Below the pieces are notes generated by a model. The model saw only the letters and a program-made list of their open reading frames with translations. It was not told where the DNA came from and ran no database searches. This document shows positions 9,813 to 18,678 of a DNA stretch of 64,000 bases, one piece after another. This DNA comes from a virus. A program made the translations under genes and the position numbers. How positions within the stretch are numbered: the first letter of the stretch is position 1; the number at the start of each line of letters is the position of its first letter. Location of the stretch: IMG/VR virus record IMGVR_UViG_647000328_000003, positions 8,078-72,077 of that record, one strand, 5' to 3'.

Positions 9813-10787
9813 ATGACCTCACTCACCACCCCGACCGCGATCAGCCTGTGTTCGGGTGTCGGCGCCCTCGACAAGGCCGTCGAAAACCTGACGGGCGCGG
9901 CGACCGCCGTGTACGCGGAGAAGGACCCGTGGGCCGCCCAGGTGATGGCCGGCCTGCTGCCCGGGGTGGAGAACCTCGGCAGCATCGACGAGATCAACTA
10001 CGCGGACGTCGCCGCCACCTACCCGGACCTGGACACCCTGATCGCCGGGTGGCCGTGCCAGGGCATCAGCAACAACGGGCACCGCCTCGGCCTCGACGAC
10101 CCCCGGTCCGGGCTGTGGCGGAACGTCGCCCAGGCCATCGACGTGATCCGCCCGGCCGAGGTGTTCCTAGAGAACGTGGCCGCGTTGAAGCGCCGCGGCC
10201 TGGACGTGGTCGCCGACCACCTGAACCGGCTGGGCTACGACCTGTACTGGACGATCACCTACGCGTCCTCCGTGGGTGCCCCGACGGGCCGGCCCCGGTG
10301 GCTCGGCTACGCCGTGCCCGGCGCCGGAGTCACGGTCGAAGTCCCGGCCCCCGCGCCCACCGCCGAACCGGTCGCCCGCCTCCTCCCCACCCCGAAGGCG
10401 TCCGACGGCCCGAACGGCGGCCCGAACCAGCGCGACGGCCAGGGCAACTACTACCTCCCCGGTGTCGCCGTCCGCCTCGACGAACACTGGCGGGCACCCG
10501 AGCTGGGCCACGACTACGGCCCGGCGATCCACCGCTGGGAGGCCATTCTCGGCCGGCCCGCACCGGCGCCGACATCCCTGGACGCCCGGGGCAACCCGCG
10601 GGTCTGCCCGCGCTTCTACGAGTGGGTGATGGGCATCGGCGCCGGCGTCATCACCGATCACATGGACATGCCGCGCCCGCAGCAGATCAAGCGGGCCGGG
10701 AACAGCGTCGTGACGTTGCAGGCCGAGGTCGGATGCGCCGCCCTCCGGGCCGCGGCCCGCTCGCAGCTTCGTCTTATCGCCGCATGA
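9813..10787 (+). CDS. Orphan C5 cytosine DNA methyltransferase 2
   Basis: SLCSGVGALD, GWPCQGIS, FLENV, GAPTGRPR, motif X KRAGNSVV; GGAG RBS before ATG 9813. Confidence 0.92.
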   Translation: MTSLTTPTAISLCSGVGALDKAVENLTGAATAVYAEKDPWAAQVMAGLLPGVENLGSIDEINYADVAATYPDLDTLIAGWPCQGISNNGHRLGLDDPRSGLWRNVAQAIDVIRPAEVFLENVAALKRRGLDVVADHLNRLGYDLYWTITYASSVGAPTGRPRWLGYAVPGAGVTVEVPAPAPTAEPVARLLPTPKASDGPNGGPNQRDGQGNYYLPGVAVRLDEHWRAPELGHDYGPAIHRWEAILGRPAPAPTSLDARGNPRVCPRFYEWVMGIGAGVITDHMDMPRPQQIKRAGNSVVTLQAEVGCAALRAAARSQLRLIAA

Positions 10788-10867
10788 CCCACGCAGTACC
10801 GGCTGCCCCCGTTCGACCCGGGGGCAGCCGGCCCGCCCACCGTACCTGCACTCACCTGGAGCCCTTG

Positions 10868-11155
10868 ATGCCCGACACCTTCGAGACCCTGGCCGCCACC
10901 TACACGCCCCGCCTGATCGCCGCGTTCGGCCTCTTCGCCGACAGCTACGAGGACATGACGCCCGCCGAGACCCTTGAGCGGGCCCTGGAGGACGCGGCCG
11001 AGACCCTCGACGAGGACGACCGCGACAGCGAGAACCTCGTGCACGAGGCGGGCAACGTCACCAAGGCCACCCGGAGTGACCTGACGGGCGAGCGGTACCG
11101 CATGTGGATGCGGCAGACCCTCGACCCGATCTTGGCCGCCCGCGAGAGCGCATAG
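10868..11155 (+). CDS. Hypothetical protein (MPDT start)
   Basis: GGAG RBS, good codon bias. Confidence 0.7.
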   Translation: MPDTFETLAATYTPRLIAAFGLFADSYEDMTPAETLERALEDAAETLDEDDRDSENLVHEAGNVTKATRSDLTGERYRMWMRQTLDPILAARESA

Positions 11156-11232
11156 CCACCGTGACCACGCAAGACGCACGCCCCGGTGGATACCCGGGGC
11201 GGGCGCCCACCGCACACCACCTGGAGCCCCCG

Positions 11233-11400
11233 ATGCCCGACACCTCACCCACCGCCCCTGACCGCCCCGCCTCGGTCGCCCCGTCCGAACTCGACATGTC
11301 GCGAACCGTCATCGAGCACGCCCTGACCGACTACGGCTACAGCGCCGACACCGCCCGCCTCCTCGTCGACCGGCTGATCGCCGAAGCGAGGGCCGAGTGA
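11233..11400 (+). CDS. Small hypothetical protein (MPDT start)
   Basis: GGAG RBS; stop overlaps next ATG. Confidence 0.65.
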   Translation: MPDTSPTAPDRPASVAPSELDMSRTVIEHALTDYGYSADTARLLVDRLIAEARAE

Positions 11401-11852
11401 TGCCGATCTACCTCCCGGCTCCGGCGCACCGCAACGGCGGCTCCGACGGGCAGGGGTGGAACCGGTTGTCCGTTGCGTCCATGGGTGGCCTGGCGGGTGA
11501 CGAGTGCGCGCTGCGGCCCCGGGACTACAGCCACCTGCGGGAGTCGCAGGACACCCAGCGTGCCCGCTACGGCGGCTACGGGCCGTGCGTCACCGGCGGG
11601 AACTGCGAGGCGTGCCCGATCTTCCGGGCGGCCCCTCGCACCCTGTCCTCCCTCGACGACCGCGTTCTCGTCCGTGTGCATCCCGTAGACCGCCGCCCGT
11701 ACCTGATGAACCGCCCGGACGACGGGTGGGCGTCGCTGGCGCTCCGGTGGACGTGGCAGGACTTGGCCCGCCTGGACGGGTGGGAGATCGGCCGCCGCCA
11801 TGTCGACGAGCACGGCGACGGGTTCTGGCTCAATCGCTGCACCGCCGCATGA
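11397..11852 (+). CDS. Hypothetical protein
   Basis: Overlapping start, high GC3. Confidence 0.7.
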   Translation: MMPIYLPAPAHRNGGSDGQGWNRLSVASMGGLAGDECALRPRDYSHLRESQDTQRARYGGYGPCVTGGNCEACPIFRAAPRTLSSLDDRVLVRVHPVDRRPYLMNRPDDGWASLALRWTWQDLARLDGWEIGRRHVDEHGDGFWLNRCTAA

Positions 11853-11929
11853 CCAGCAAGACGCCCGCCCCGGGAGATAGCCGGGGCGGGCGCCCACCGC
11901 ACACCGTACCGACCACCAAGGAGCACCCG

Positions 11930-13075
11930 ATGCCCGACACCACCCCTGACCGCCCCGCCGACCAGCTGCGCGCCGCCGCCGAGCGCGCCCGGGCGACCGG
12001 CGACCCGCTGCACACTGTCGTGGCCGACCTGCTGGACCGGCATGCGAAGGAGTACGACGCCTCCGTGGCCGCCGCTGCCAACGTCTGGCCGGACAGCGCC
12101 GAGGAGGCTGCCCGGTGGCTGGCCGCACAGGTACCCCCGGAGGCCCTGGCGGTGGCACGGCAGCTCCTCGGCACCAGCACGGGCGAGCCCGAGTCCGGGT
12201 GCGCGCACTGCGGCAGCCACGACCACTCGTGGGACGACTGCGCGGCCTACACGGCGCTGGTCCGCGACGACGCCGCCGCCCCGCCCGCGCCTGCCGGCCG
12301 GGCCGCGACCCGGGACCGGATCCGCCGGGCGATCTGCGAAGCGTCCGGGTTCGACTGGCTCCCCGACGAGCTGATGGAGCCCGACGAGTACGGGGAGCAC
12401 GCCGACGCGGTCCTCGCCGTGCTGGGCGCGCCTGCCGACCGGGCCGCCGAGGCAAAGGCCGCGACGACCATCACACGCCTGCGGGCCGAACGCGCCGAGC
12501 TGAACCGTCGACTCGACTGCCTCCGAGGCGACATGCGGGACATGGAGCACTGCCTGAGGGAGCAGAACGCCGAGTTCGATCGGACCCGCCGCGCCGCCGC
12601 CGAGCCGCAGCCCGCCCGACGCCGTCTCACCCCGTCGGAGCACGACCGGGCCTGGCACGCCATCGAAGGCGGCGTCGGGGAGGACGGCGCCGACCCGGGC
12701 ACGGTCCTCAACGCCGTGCTGCACGCCCTGCGTATCGACGCCCCGACGGCCGCCGAGGAGCAGGCCGCCAGCCCGCGCCGCCGTCTGGCCGGTGAGGCTG
12801 CCGCCGGGGCACACCAGACCACCGAGGGCGAGGCGCGCCCGGCCGAGCACTCCTGGGCCGCCGAGCTCCACGACCCGCTCGCCAACGAGTGGGTGCCCGG
12901 CACCCGGTACGCGGTCCGGGACCGGGCGGTGAACGCCCTGGCTCACGGCCGGAAGGTCGCGCCGCTGTGGAAGGACGGCACCCCGACCGAGCGGCGTCTC
13001 GTCCGCGCGACGACCACGTACACCGTCGAGCCGACCCCCGCTGTCCCTGCCGCGGCCGAGGAGACCACACGATGA
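11930..13075 (+). CDS. Hypothetical mosaic protein (MPDT start, coiled coil, CxxC)
   Basis: AAGGAG RBS, high GC3, ATGA coupling downstream. Confidence 0.75.
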   Translation: MPDTTPDRPADQLRAAAERARATGDPLHTVVADLLDRHAKEYDASVAAAANVWPDSAEEAARWLAAQVPPEALAVARQLLGTSTGEPESGCAHCGSHDHSWDDCAAYTALVRDDAAAPPAPAGRAATRDRIRRAICEASGFDWLPDELMEPDEYGEHADAVLAVLGAPADRAAEAKAATTITRLRAERAELNRRLDCLRGDMRDMEHCLREQNAEFDRTRRAAAEPQPARRRLTPSEHDRAWHAIEGGVGEDGADPGTVLNAVLHALRIDAPTAAEEQAASPRRRLAGEAAAGAHQTTEGEARPAEHSWAAELHDPLANEWVPGTRYAVRDRAVNALAHGRKVAPLWKDGTPTERRLVRATTTYTVEPTPAVPAAAEETTR

Positions 13076-13293
13076 CCCGTCGAACTCCGGCCGTCGACCA
13101 AGGGGACGGACGTCGCTGCGCCTGGTGCGGCGACCACATCGACCCCATCGACTGGTGCTCCCCGTGCCGCGCCGCTCAGGCCCCGTGCGGCTCGCACCGG
13201 CGCCTACGGAAGCGCGCAGACGCCGCCTTCTGCGACAGCGGATGCCGAGCCGCGTACCGCGCCGACACCACCCCCGCCCCTGCTGCCGGGTGA
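13072..13293 (+). CDS. Small Zn-finger protein
   Basis: CAWC...CSPC...FCDSGCR motifs; GGAG RBS. Confidence 0.65.
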   Translation: MTRRTPAVDQGDGRRCAWCGDHIDPIDWCSPCRAAQAPCGSHRRLRKRADAAFCDSGCRAAYRADTTPAPAAG

Positions 13294-13318
13294 TCCCGGC
13301 CCAACCACGGAGACGACC

Positions 13319-13774
13319 ATGACCACGGCCCTGCCCCACGACCCGTACATCAACGCCGTCATCGACGCCCTTACCGCCGCCGGCCTGGAGCCCGACAACT
13401 GGTGGACGTCCGACGCTGAGACCGACCCCTACGACACCGGCGACAACGCGGGCTGCACCACGATGCTGAACGCCGTCATCGCCTGGGACGACACCCGGAT
13501 CGACGAGGACGACGAGACCGGCCAAGACGGGCTGCTCCTCTTCTGGGACCACCCGGCAGAGCAGTGGCAGTACGCCCGGCCGCGGTCCGAGGGCGGCAAC
13601 ACCATGCCCGAGTTCCTGCCCAAGCTCGGCCTCTACTCCGACCCGGGCGCCGTCGCGAGTACCGTCCGCGCGCTCCTCGCCGACGAGGTACTGCCCGAGG
13701 GGCACGCCCCGTACTGGCACCCCGCCGATGCCGTCCGCGTGGCCGTGAAGGAGTGGGCCGCCCCCGCCGCCTGA
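13319..13774 (+). CDS. Hypothetical protein
   Basis: GGAG RBS, high GC3. Confidence 0.75.
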   Translation: MTTALPHDPYINAVIDALTAAGLEPDNWWTSDAETDPYDTGDNAGCTTMLNAVIAWDDTRIDEDDETGQDGLLLFWDHPAEQWQYARPRSEGGNTMPEFLPKLGLYSDPGAVASTVRALLADEVLPEGHAPYWHPADAVRVAVKEWAAPAA

Positions 13775-13835
13775 CCGCCCCTGCTGTGTGGCCGCCCCAC
13801 CACAGGCGGCCACACCCAACCCCGGAAGGACCACC

Positions 13836-14156
13836 GTGCTCAGCGACGAAGACCTCTGCACCGCCGAGTTCCCCGGCGACGAACACCACGTCGGCCAGCT
13901 CTGCGACCAACCCGCAGGCCACGAAGGCGAACACAAAGCCCTCGCTCAGGTCGGCCCCGGGTGGCGACGCCACATCACCTGGCCCAACACTGCCTGCCGG
14001 TGGCCCGCCTGCCTCACCGAGGAACAGCAGCGCGCACTGGCCGACGAGGTGCTGTTGCAGATGGAGGGCAAGCCGCCAGCACCGCCGCCGCCCGACCAGT
14101 TCGAGAGCTGCGGCTGCCCGACGCCGCGAGCCACCGCCACCGAGGGGGCCCGGTGA
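13836..14156 (+). CDS. Hypothetical Cys/His-containing protein
   Basis: GAAGGA RBS before GTG; CTAEF..LCDQPAGHEGEH motif. Confidence 0.65.
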   Translation: MLSDEDLCTAEFPGDEHHVGQLCDQPAGHEGEHKALAQVGPGWRRHITWPNTACRWPACLTEEQQRALADEVLLQMEGKPPAPPPPDQFESCGCPTPRATATEGAR

Positions 14157-14287
14157 CCACCCAGCCCGCACTTGTGTGCCAGTGGTGCCAGCAGCCCGCC
14201 CTGCCGCCCGTCGCCCTGTGGGACGGGCGCCCCCAGTGCGGTGACCCGCACGCCTGCGCCAAGCGCATCCCGGAGGAGGGGCAGTGA
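14153..14287 (+). CDS. Very small CxxC protein
   Basis: GTGA overlaps at both ends. Confidence 0.55.
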   Translation: MTTQPALVCQWCQQPALPPVALWDGRPQCGDPHACAKRIPEEGQ

Positions 14288-14969
14288 CCACCCAGCCCGA
14301 GCGTGTCCAACTCGACGACCTCACCAGGGACGACCTCGCCGCCCTGTACGACCGCCTCGACCTCCTCGAAGCCGGCCGCGCTGAACGGGTCGCGCTGCTG
14401 GAGGAAGCCCGGGATGCCCTGGAGGCCGCCGGAGCGGCCCGGGCCCACGGCGACGACTGGCCCCGGCTCGTCCCCGCCATCGATGAACTCGCCGCCGAGG
14501 TGAAGATCCTCCGCGCCCGCGTTAATGCCCAGAACGAAGCCGCCGATGTCGCCGTGAGCGCCATCCGGCTCATGAACGAGGCCGGAGCCCAACGCGACCG
14601 CGCCGAGGCCCGTGTCCGCGGGCTGGAGGGCATCCTCGCCCGTGTCAACCGGGCCGTCGACACCGGGCCGGTCGGTGCCTGCTGTACCCACATCATCCGC
14701 GCCGCCCTCACCCCGCCCGCCGGCCTGTGCGGGTGCGGGCGCCCCGACCCCGGGCCCTGCACCCCCTGCCCCCACCGGAGCACCAGCCTCCACTGCGCCT
14801 GCGTCTGCACACCCCAGGCGGCCCCGCGACCGGGCCACCACCCTGCGCCTACGGGCACCCCTGCCCCTACGACGACGAGGCAGGGGCCTGCCCCTGCGAC
14901 GACCCGCCACCGCCCCCGCCGGTCGTCGAGCGGGAGACCGTGACCATCCCCGTCGGCGACTACCTCTGA
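14284..14969 (+). pseudogene. Coiled-coil/Cys-rich protein with probable -1 frameshift near 14813-14817
   Basis: In-frame codon bias collapses after a C4 run; the -1 frame continues with GC3-rich codons (GGPATGPPPCAYGH...) to the stop at 14969. Confidence 0.5.
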
Positions 14970-14983
14970 CCCAAGGAGGCCTC

Positions 14984-15151
14984 ATGGCCCAGCCATCGAC
15001 CACACCCCGAGGCGAGCACGCCGGCCGCCCCGGGGCCCGGTGGGAAACCGAACTCCGCAGCACTGGTGAACAGCACGTCCCCGACGACCAACCCCAGCCG
15101 CGGGCCAACCGGGCCACGCGACGAGCCGCGAGGAAGAAGCGCGCCGGCTGA
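14984..15151 (+). CDS. Small basic hypothetical protein
   Basis: AAGGAGG RBS; RANRATRRAARKK tail. Confidence 0.65.
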   Translation: MAQPSTTPRGEHAGRPGARWETELRSTGEQHVPDDQPQPRANRATRRAARKKRAG

Positions 15152-15163
15152 CCCCCCGACGCG

Positions 15164-15197
15164 CCGCGGCCCCCACCCAAACGGGTAGGGGCCGCGG
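15164..15197. terminator. Stem-loop between convergent operons
   Basis: ccgcggccccaccc / gggtaggggccgcgg inverted repeat. Confidence 0.7.
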
Positions 15198-15207
15198 TCG
15201 TGCTGCT

Positions 15208-15564
15208 CTATCGGTCGGTCTGCCGCGGGTGGCCAGTGCGGGCCTCGGTCACCCAGCACGTGCTCTGGTTTTCGTCATACAGGTACCAGATGCGCCCGCC
15301 CCCAGAGACCTCGATTTGCCACTGCGGGTAGCTTTTCCCGTTCCGTACACCCTCGGCCAGTTCGTACTTGAGCCGGTGATGCCGGTCAGTTTCCACAGCG
15401 GGCGACGGCGTCTTCCTCATCAGCTGCCAGGCAGTGTTCGTGTTCGCCGGTATCTGCTGCATCAACTGCTTCCAGCCGACAGCAGCCGGCCGGTTGGCGA
15501 ACTTGATGTGGTACTCACCCTTGGCTGGCGGGGGAGGGACGTCGTCGTTCTTACCTAAGCTCAC
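15208..15564 (-). CDS. Putative RelE/ParE-fold toxin
   Basis: 118 aa; HRLKYEL...QWQIEVSGGGRIWYLYD...GHP pattern resembles actinobacterial RelE-like toxins; abuts antitoxin-like gene. Confidence 0.6.
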   Translation of the reverse strand: MSLGKNDDVPPPPAKGEYHIKFANRPAAVGWKQLMQQIPANTNTAWQLMRKTPSPAVETDRHHRLKYELAEGVRNGKSYPQWQIEVSGGGRIWYLYDENQSTCWVTEARTGHPRQTDR

Positions 15565-16053
15565 TCATCCTCCGAGGGGGGGCATGGGTACGTCTCCGAA
15601 GTCGCCCTCCCCGTGATCCTGGGTGAGGGTGGCATGCAGCTCAGGGTCGGCGTAGACCTCCGCCGTGTGCTTCCAAGCCGCGATCACCGTGGTGATCGGG
15701 GCCAGGCTACCGAGAGAGGTGCTGGCCCGAGCGGTTTCCACGAACTCCAGCAGGAACTCCTGCACGGCCTTCTGCGGCAGGAAGCGGACCCAGGGGAACG
15801 CCTCGGGGAAAACGCGGGTCAGGAGCTCTACGGCGGCGGGGCTCTCCTTCAGCAGGGCGACGAACATGCGGGTGGTGGAGTCGACGACCTGGACGGCCTG
15901 GTCGGCTCGTGCGGCGGTGGTGAGGTACAGGTCCTCTTCGTCGCGGCGGTGGAGTAGGAGGCCGCGGCGGGCGTTGACCTGCATGCGCGCGACGGTGTCC
16001 TTGGGCTTTTGGATGAGCTCCGAGAAGTTCGCTTCGGCAGGCATGGTGGTCAT
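15565..16053 (-). CDS. Putative Phd/YefM-like antitoxin
   Basis: N-terminal ANFSELIQKPKDTV..LLLHRRDEEDLYL Phd-like pattern; C-terminal AWKHTAEVYADPEL; stop directly abuts toxin start. Confidence 0.65.
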   Translation of the reverse strand: MTTMPAEANFSELIQKPKDTVARMQVNARRGLLLHRRDEEDLYLTTAARADQAVQVVDSTTRMFVALLKESPAAVELLTRVFPEAFPWVRFLPQKAVQEFLLEFVETARASTSLGSLAPITTVIAAWKHTAEVYADPELHATLTQDHGEGDFGDVPMPPLGG

Positions 16054-16249
16054 GACTTGGAAGGTACTTCAAAAGTTGCCCCCTGTCCACAGATGTTCTG
16101 TAATCCGGTACAGATCGACAGGCTTGCGCGGGCCCTCTGACCTGCATAAACGATCACGTGTGCCCCTGGCGGAAGAGTGACGGCGTGGACACCGTGTCCA
16201 CGCCGTGACCCCTCAAAACCGCATCGCCGGATGACACCGCTGGCACAAC

Positions 16250-16282
16250 GAAGCCCCCGCCGGCGAACCGGGCGGGGGCTTC
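16250..16282. terminator. Stem-loop
   Basis: gaagcccccgc(c) / gcgggggcttc inverted repeat downstream of the Rep-like gene. Confidence 0.7.
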
Positions 16283-16295
16283 TATGCGTGGGCAG

Positions 16296-17081
16296 TCAGC
16301 GCGGGAACCGGGTCAGCCAGTCCGGCAACGGCTTCCCCTCCCGGGCGTAGTGCTGCAACGCGTACTGGTAGCTCAGAAGGTCCACCGCGCGCACCGAGTG
16401 CAGATCCTCCGGGGCCTCGCTCCCAAGCTGCGAAAGGGTCTTCTGCCGCTGCTTCCGGTAGATCCGTGGCCGCTTCCGCTCGAACTGCAACAGCAACCTG
16501 CGCAGCCGCCCGTCGTCGAGCTGGTTCGCCGCCTCGTACAACGCAACAAGCCGGCCCGCCGGCTGGCCCGCGCGAGCGCCAGCGAGTGCGGAGGAATGTT
16601 CTAGGCCTGCCTCTTCCCCGTCAGTCTTCTTGTTCGTCTTCTCGTCCGTCTTATGAGTACTTAGGGACTGGCTGGCCGTCTGCTGGTCGGCCGAGTGCTG
16701 CTCGACCGAGTACTGGTCGACCGAGTGCGGAAAACCCGTACTCGGCGCGACCCGCTCCAACGCCTCCGGGACAGCCGATACGTAGGTCGTCGTATCCCAC
16801 TGGCCACGCTGCCCCCGACGCCGCACATGAACGACGTACCCCTCACGCTCCAGCTCCCGCATCGCCATCTGGATCGCCTCACGACCCTCCGCGACGTAGC
16901 CCTCCCGCTTCGCCGTAGCGCTCCAGCCAGCGAGCTTGGCGACCGTGATGTCGTTGTTCGGCGGATAGCTCAACAGCTCCAACAACAAGCCCTTCGCCCG
17001 GAAACTGATCCGCCGGCTACGCGCCGCCTGGTTGTCGACACCGGTCCAGCCGGAGTCCGGAAGAACACGAATCACCCTCAC
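16296..17081 (-). CDS. Second replication-initiator-like wHTH protein
   Basis: ISFRAKGLLLELLS...EGREAIQMAMRELEREGYV...GQWDTTTYVS pattern of phage/plasmid Rep N-domains; central CG(A/G)CCGAGT repeats at approx. 16687-16727. Confidence 0.6.
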   Translation of the reverse strand: MRVIRVLPDSGWTGVDNQAARSRRISFRAKGLLLELLSYPPNNDITVAKLAGWSATAKREGYVAEGREAIQMAMRELEREGYVVHVRRRGQRGQWDTTTYVSAVPEALERVAPSTGFPHSVDQYSVEQHSADQQTASQSLSTHKTDEKTNKKTDGEEAGLEHSSALAGARAGQPAGRLVALYEAANQLDDGRLRRLLLQFERKRPRIYRKQRQKTLSQLGSEAPEDLHSVRAVDLLSYQYALQHYAREGKPLPDWLTRFPR

Positions 17082-17216
17082 GCCGACATCGCCCCTCGGC
17101 AGCGCACGTGGTTGGTCTGCAAACCCAAGGTCACTCCTGGAATGCGCGGGGCCCGCCCGCCGATCTGGAAACGGCCGGGCAACAGACGCTGCCCGGCCGT
17201 CGAGGAACCGCAGAGA

Positions 17217-17690
17217 TCAGGCGCCAGCCGAGGACTGAACCCCAGTAAGGGCCTCCTCGATCACACCCAGGAACTCGCCCGCCGCATCCTGCCGCCACGC
17301 CGTCGCGTGCAAGAACGCCTCCGCCAGCTCAGCGAACCCGTTCTTTTCGTTGGCGGCCTGCTCCAACGCCCTCGCCACCGCATACACCCGCCGCGACACC
17401 CGATGCCGCTCCACCACCGTTCGGGCGAACGCCAACACCTCGGCCAAGCTGTGATCCGGCGACGCCTCCAACACGAACCCGCCACGCTTGTTCCGGGAGA
17501 ACTGCAACATGGACTCCGTACCCGGCGTCGAGTTCAGGCGCAGGCTGATGCCGTGCTCCGCCGCGAACGCCCACAACGTCGCGCCGGCATCGGCGCGGGA
17601 GGTCGGGGCCGGCGGCTGCGGGGGAACCGGGGCCGACAACACCGGGGCGGGGGAGGGCAGCACCGACGACTTGTTTTCGGTTACGCTCAT
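17217..17690 (-). CDS. Hypothetical protein
   Basis: GGAAGAAGG upstream; plausible codon bias. Confidence 0.65.
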   Translation of the reverse strand: MSVTENKSSVLPSPAPVLSAPVPPQPPAPTSRADAGATLWAFAAEHGISLRLNSTPGTESMLQFSRNKRGGFVLEASPDHSLAEVLAFARTVVERHRVSRRVYAVARALEQAANEKNGFAELAEAFLHATAWRQDAAGEFLGVIEEALTGVQSSAGA

Positions 17691-17750
17691 GACGAGACCT
17701 TCTTCCTAGCAGGGGATGGTTGAAGACCAGCTGGTGATGCGGCTGGTCCC

Positions 17751-17783
17751 GGCCCAGGCGCCTGATACGCGCCTGGGCCTTTT
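17751..17783 (+). terminator. Rho-independent terminator on + strand
   Basis: ggcccaggcgc-N7-gcgcctgggcc followed by TTTT. Confidence 0.65.
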
Positions 17784-18678
17784 GCGTGCCCGGGGAGATG
17801 ACCCGGGGTACTGCGAGCACCGGGTGATGAGACCGGCGTGGGATGAGACTAGATCGCGCCAAGAGGCGCTTCGGTTTTGGTGATCCGGAACCGGCTACGT
17901 CTCTCTTTGCAACCTTGACGGTTCCAACATGTTGGAAACCGCAGGTCAGGGGTTAAGTCCACTCTTTGGGGAAGTCGCTGACCTCCTAGTTTTTCACTTT
18001 GTCGGTGCCTGGATGGTTGTGTAATTGGATTTCGCTATGTAGCTTCATCGGCCCCCAAATCTGGCCGGAAGCAGATGGGCACCGCCGACCGGGAGCCACC
18101 TCAACGGCGCACTCCGAAGATCGGTACGCAGAAGAGGCTAGACCCGGCCACCCCGCCTCCCGCCTGAACTAAAGGTGAAGTAGACACCCCAACCTGCACC
18201 CAACCTGCTCATCCGAGCGCGAGCCGAAGGACACTTCGCAGGTCAGAGCGTGATCCCTCCGGACCGGCGCGCCCCTGACCTCGCACAACCCCTCAACACG
18301 AGGCTCATTTGTCGCCAGAAACGTTGCTTGCGCCTCCGTGAAACACCACAACCCAGGCACGACCGAGTTGGCCGGAAACCCCCACCACAACCCCCATCCG
18401 TTCGGCACGAGCCGACCATCACACACAACCGCAACCCCGTGCGGAGGAGGTGTGTATGAGGCGGCCGACCGCTGAGAGGAACCTAGACGGGGCGGTCGAG
18501 GGCGGCGTCGGAAACCGGCACCTCGCTTTTCTGGCGAAACGGACCCAAGGCCAGGTGGCAGGTAGGCTCGCAGCGAACTTGGGGTGCATCTAACGGGGCT
18601 TAGTGGTGCATAGAGCCCATGGATTCCCATTGCTGTACTATTCGGCCACTTGTCTGAAATTGGTTGGTGCCCTGTGGG

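Larger units (their letters stand above)
10784..11960 (+). repeat. Three related hairpin-leader-RBS-ATGCCCGACACC modules (approx. 10784-10880, 11161-11270, 11849-11960)
   Basis: Shared TGACC..GCAAGACGC, GCCCCGG/CCGGGGC hairpin, GCCCACCGCACACC, GGAGC, ATGCCCGACACC; copies 2 and 3 most alike. Confidence 0.8.

Noticed and set aside
9559-9813. 84-aa ORF between the nuclease and MTase 2
   Set aside because: GTGA/ATG overlap is suggestive, but the product is low-complexity with weak codon bias
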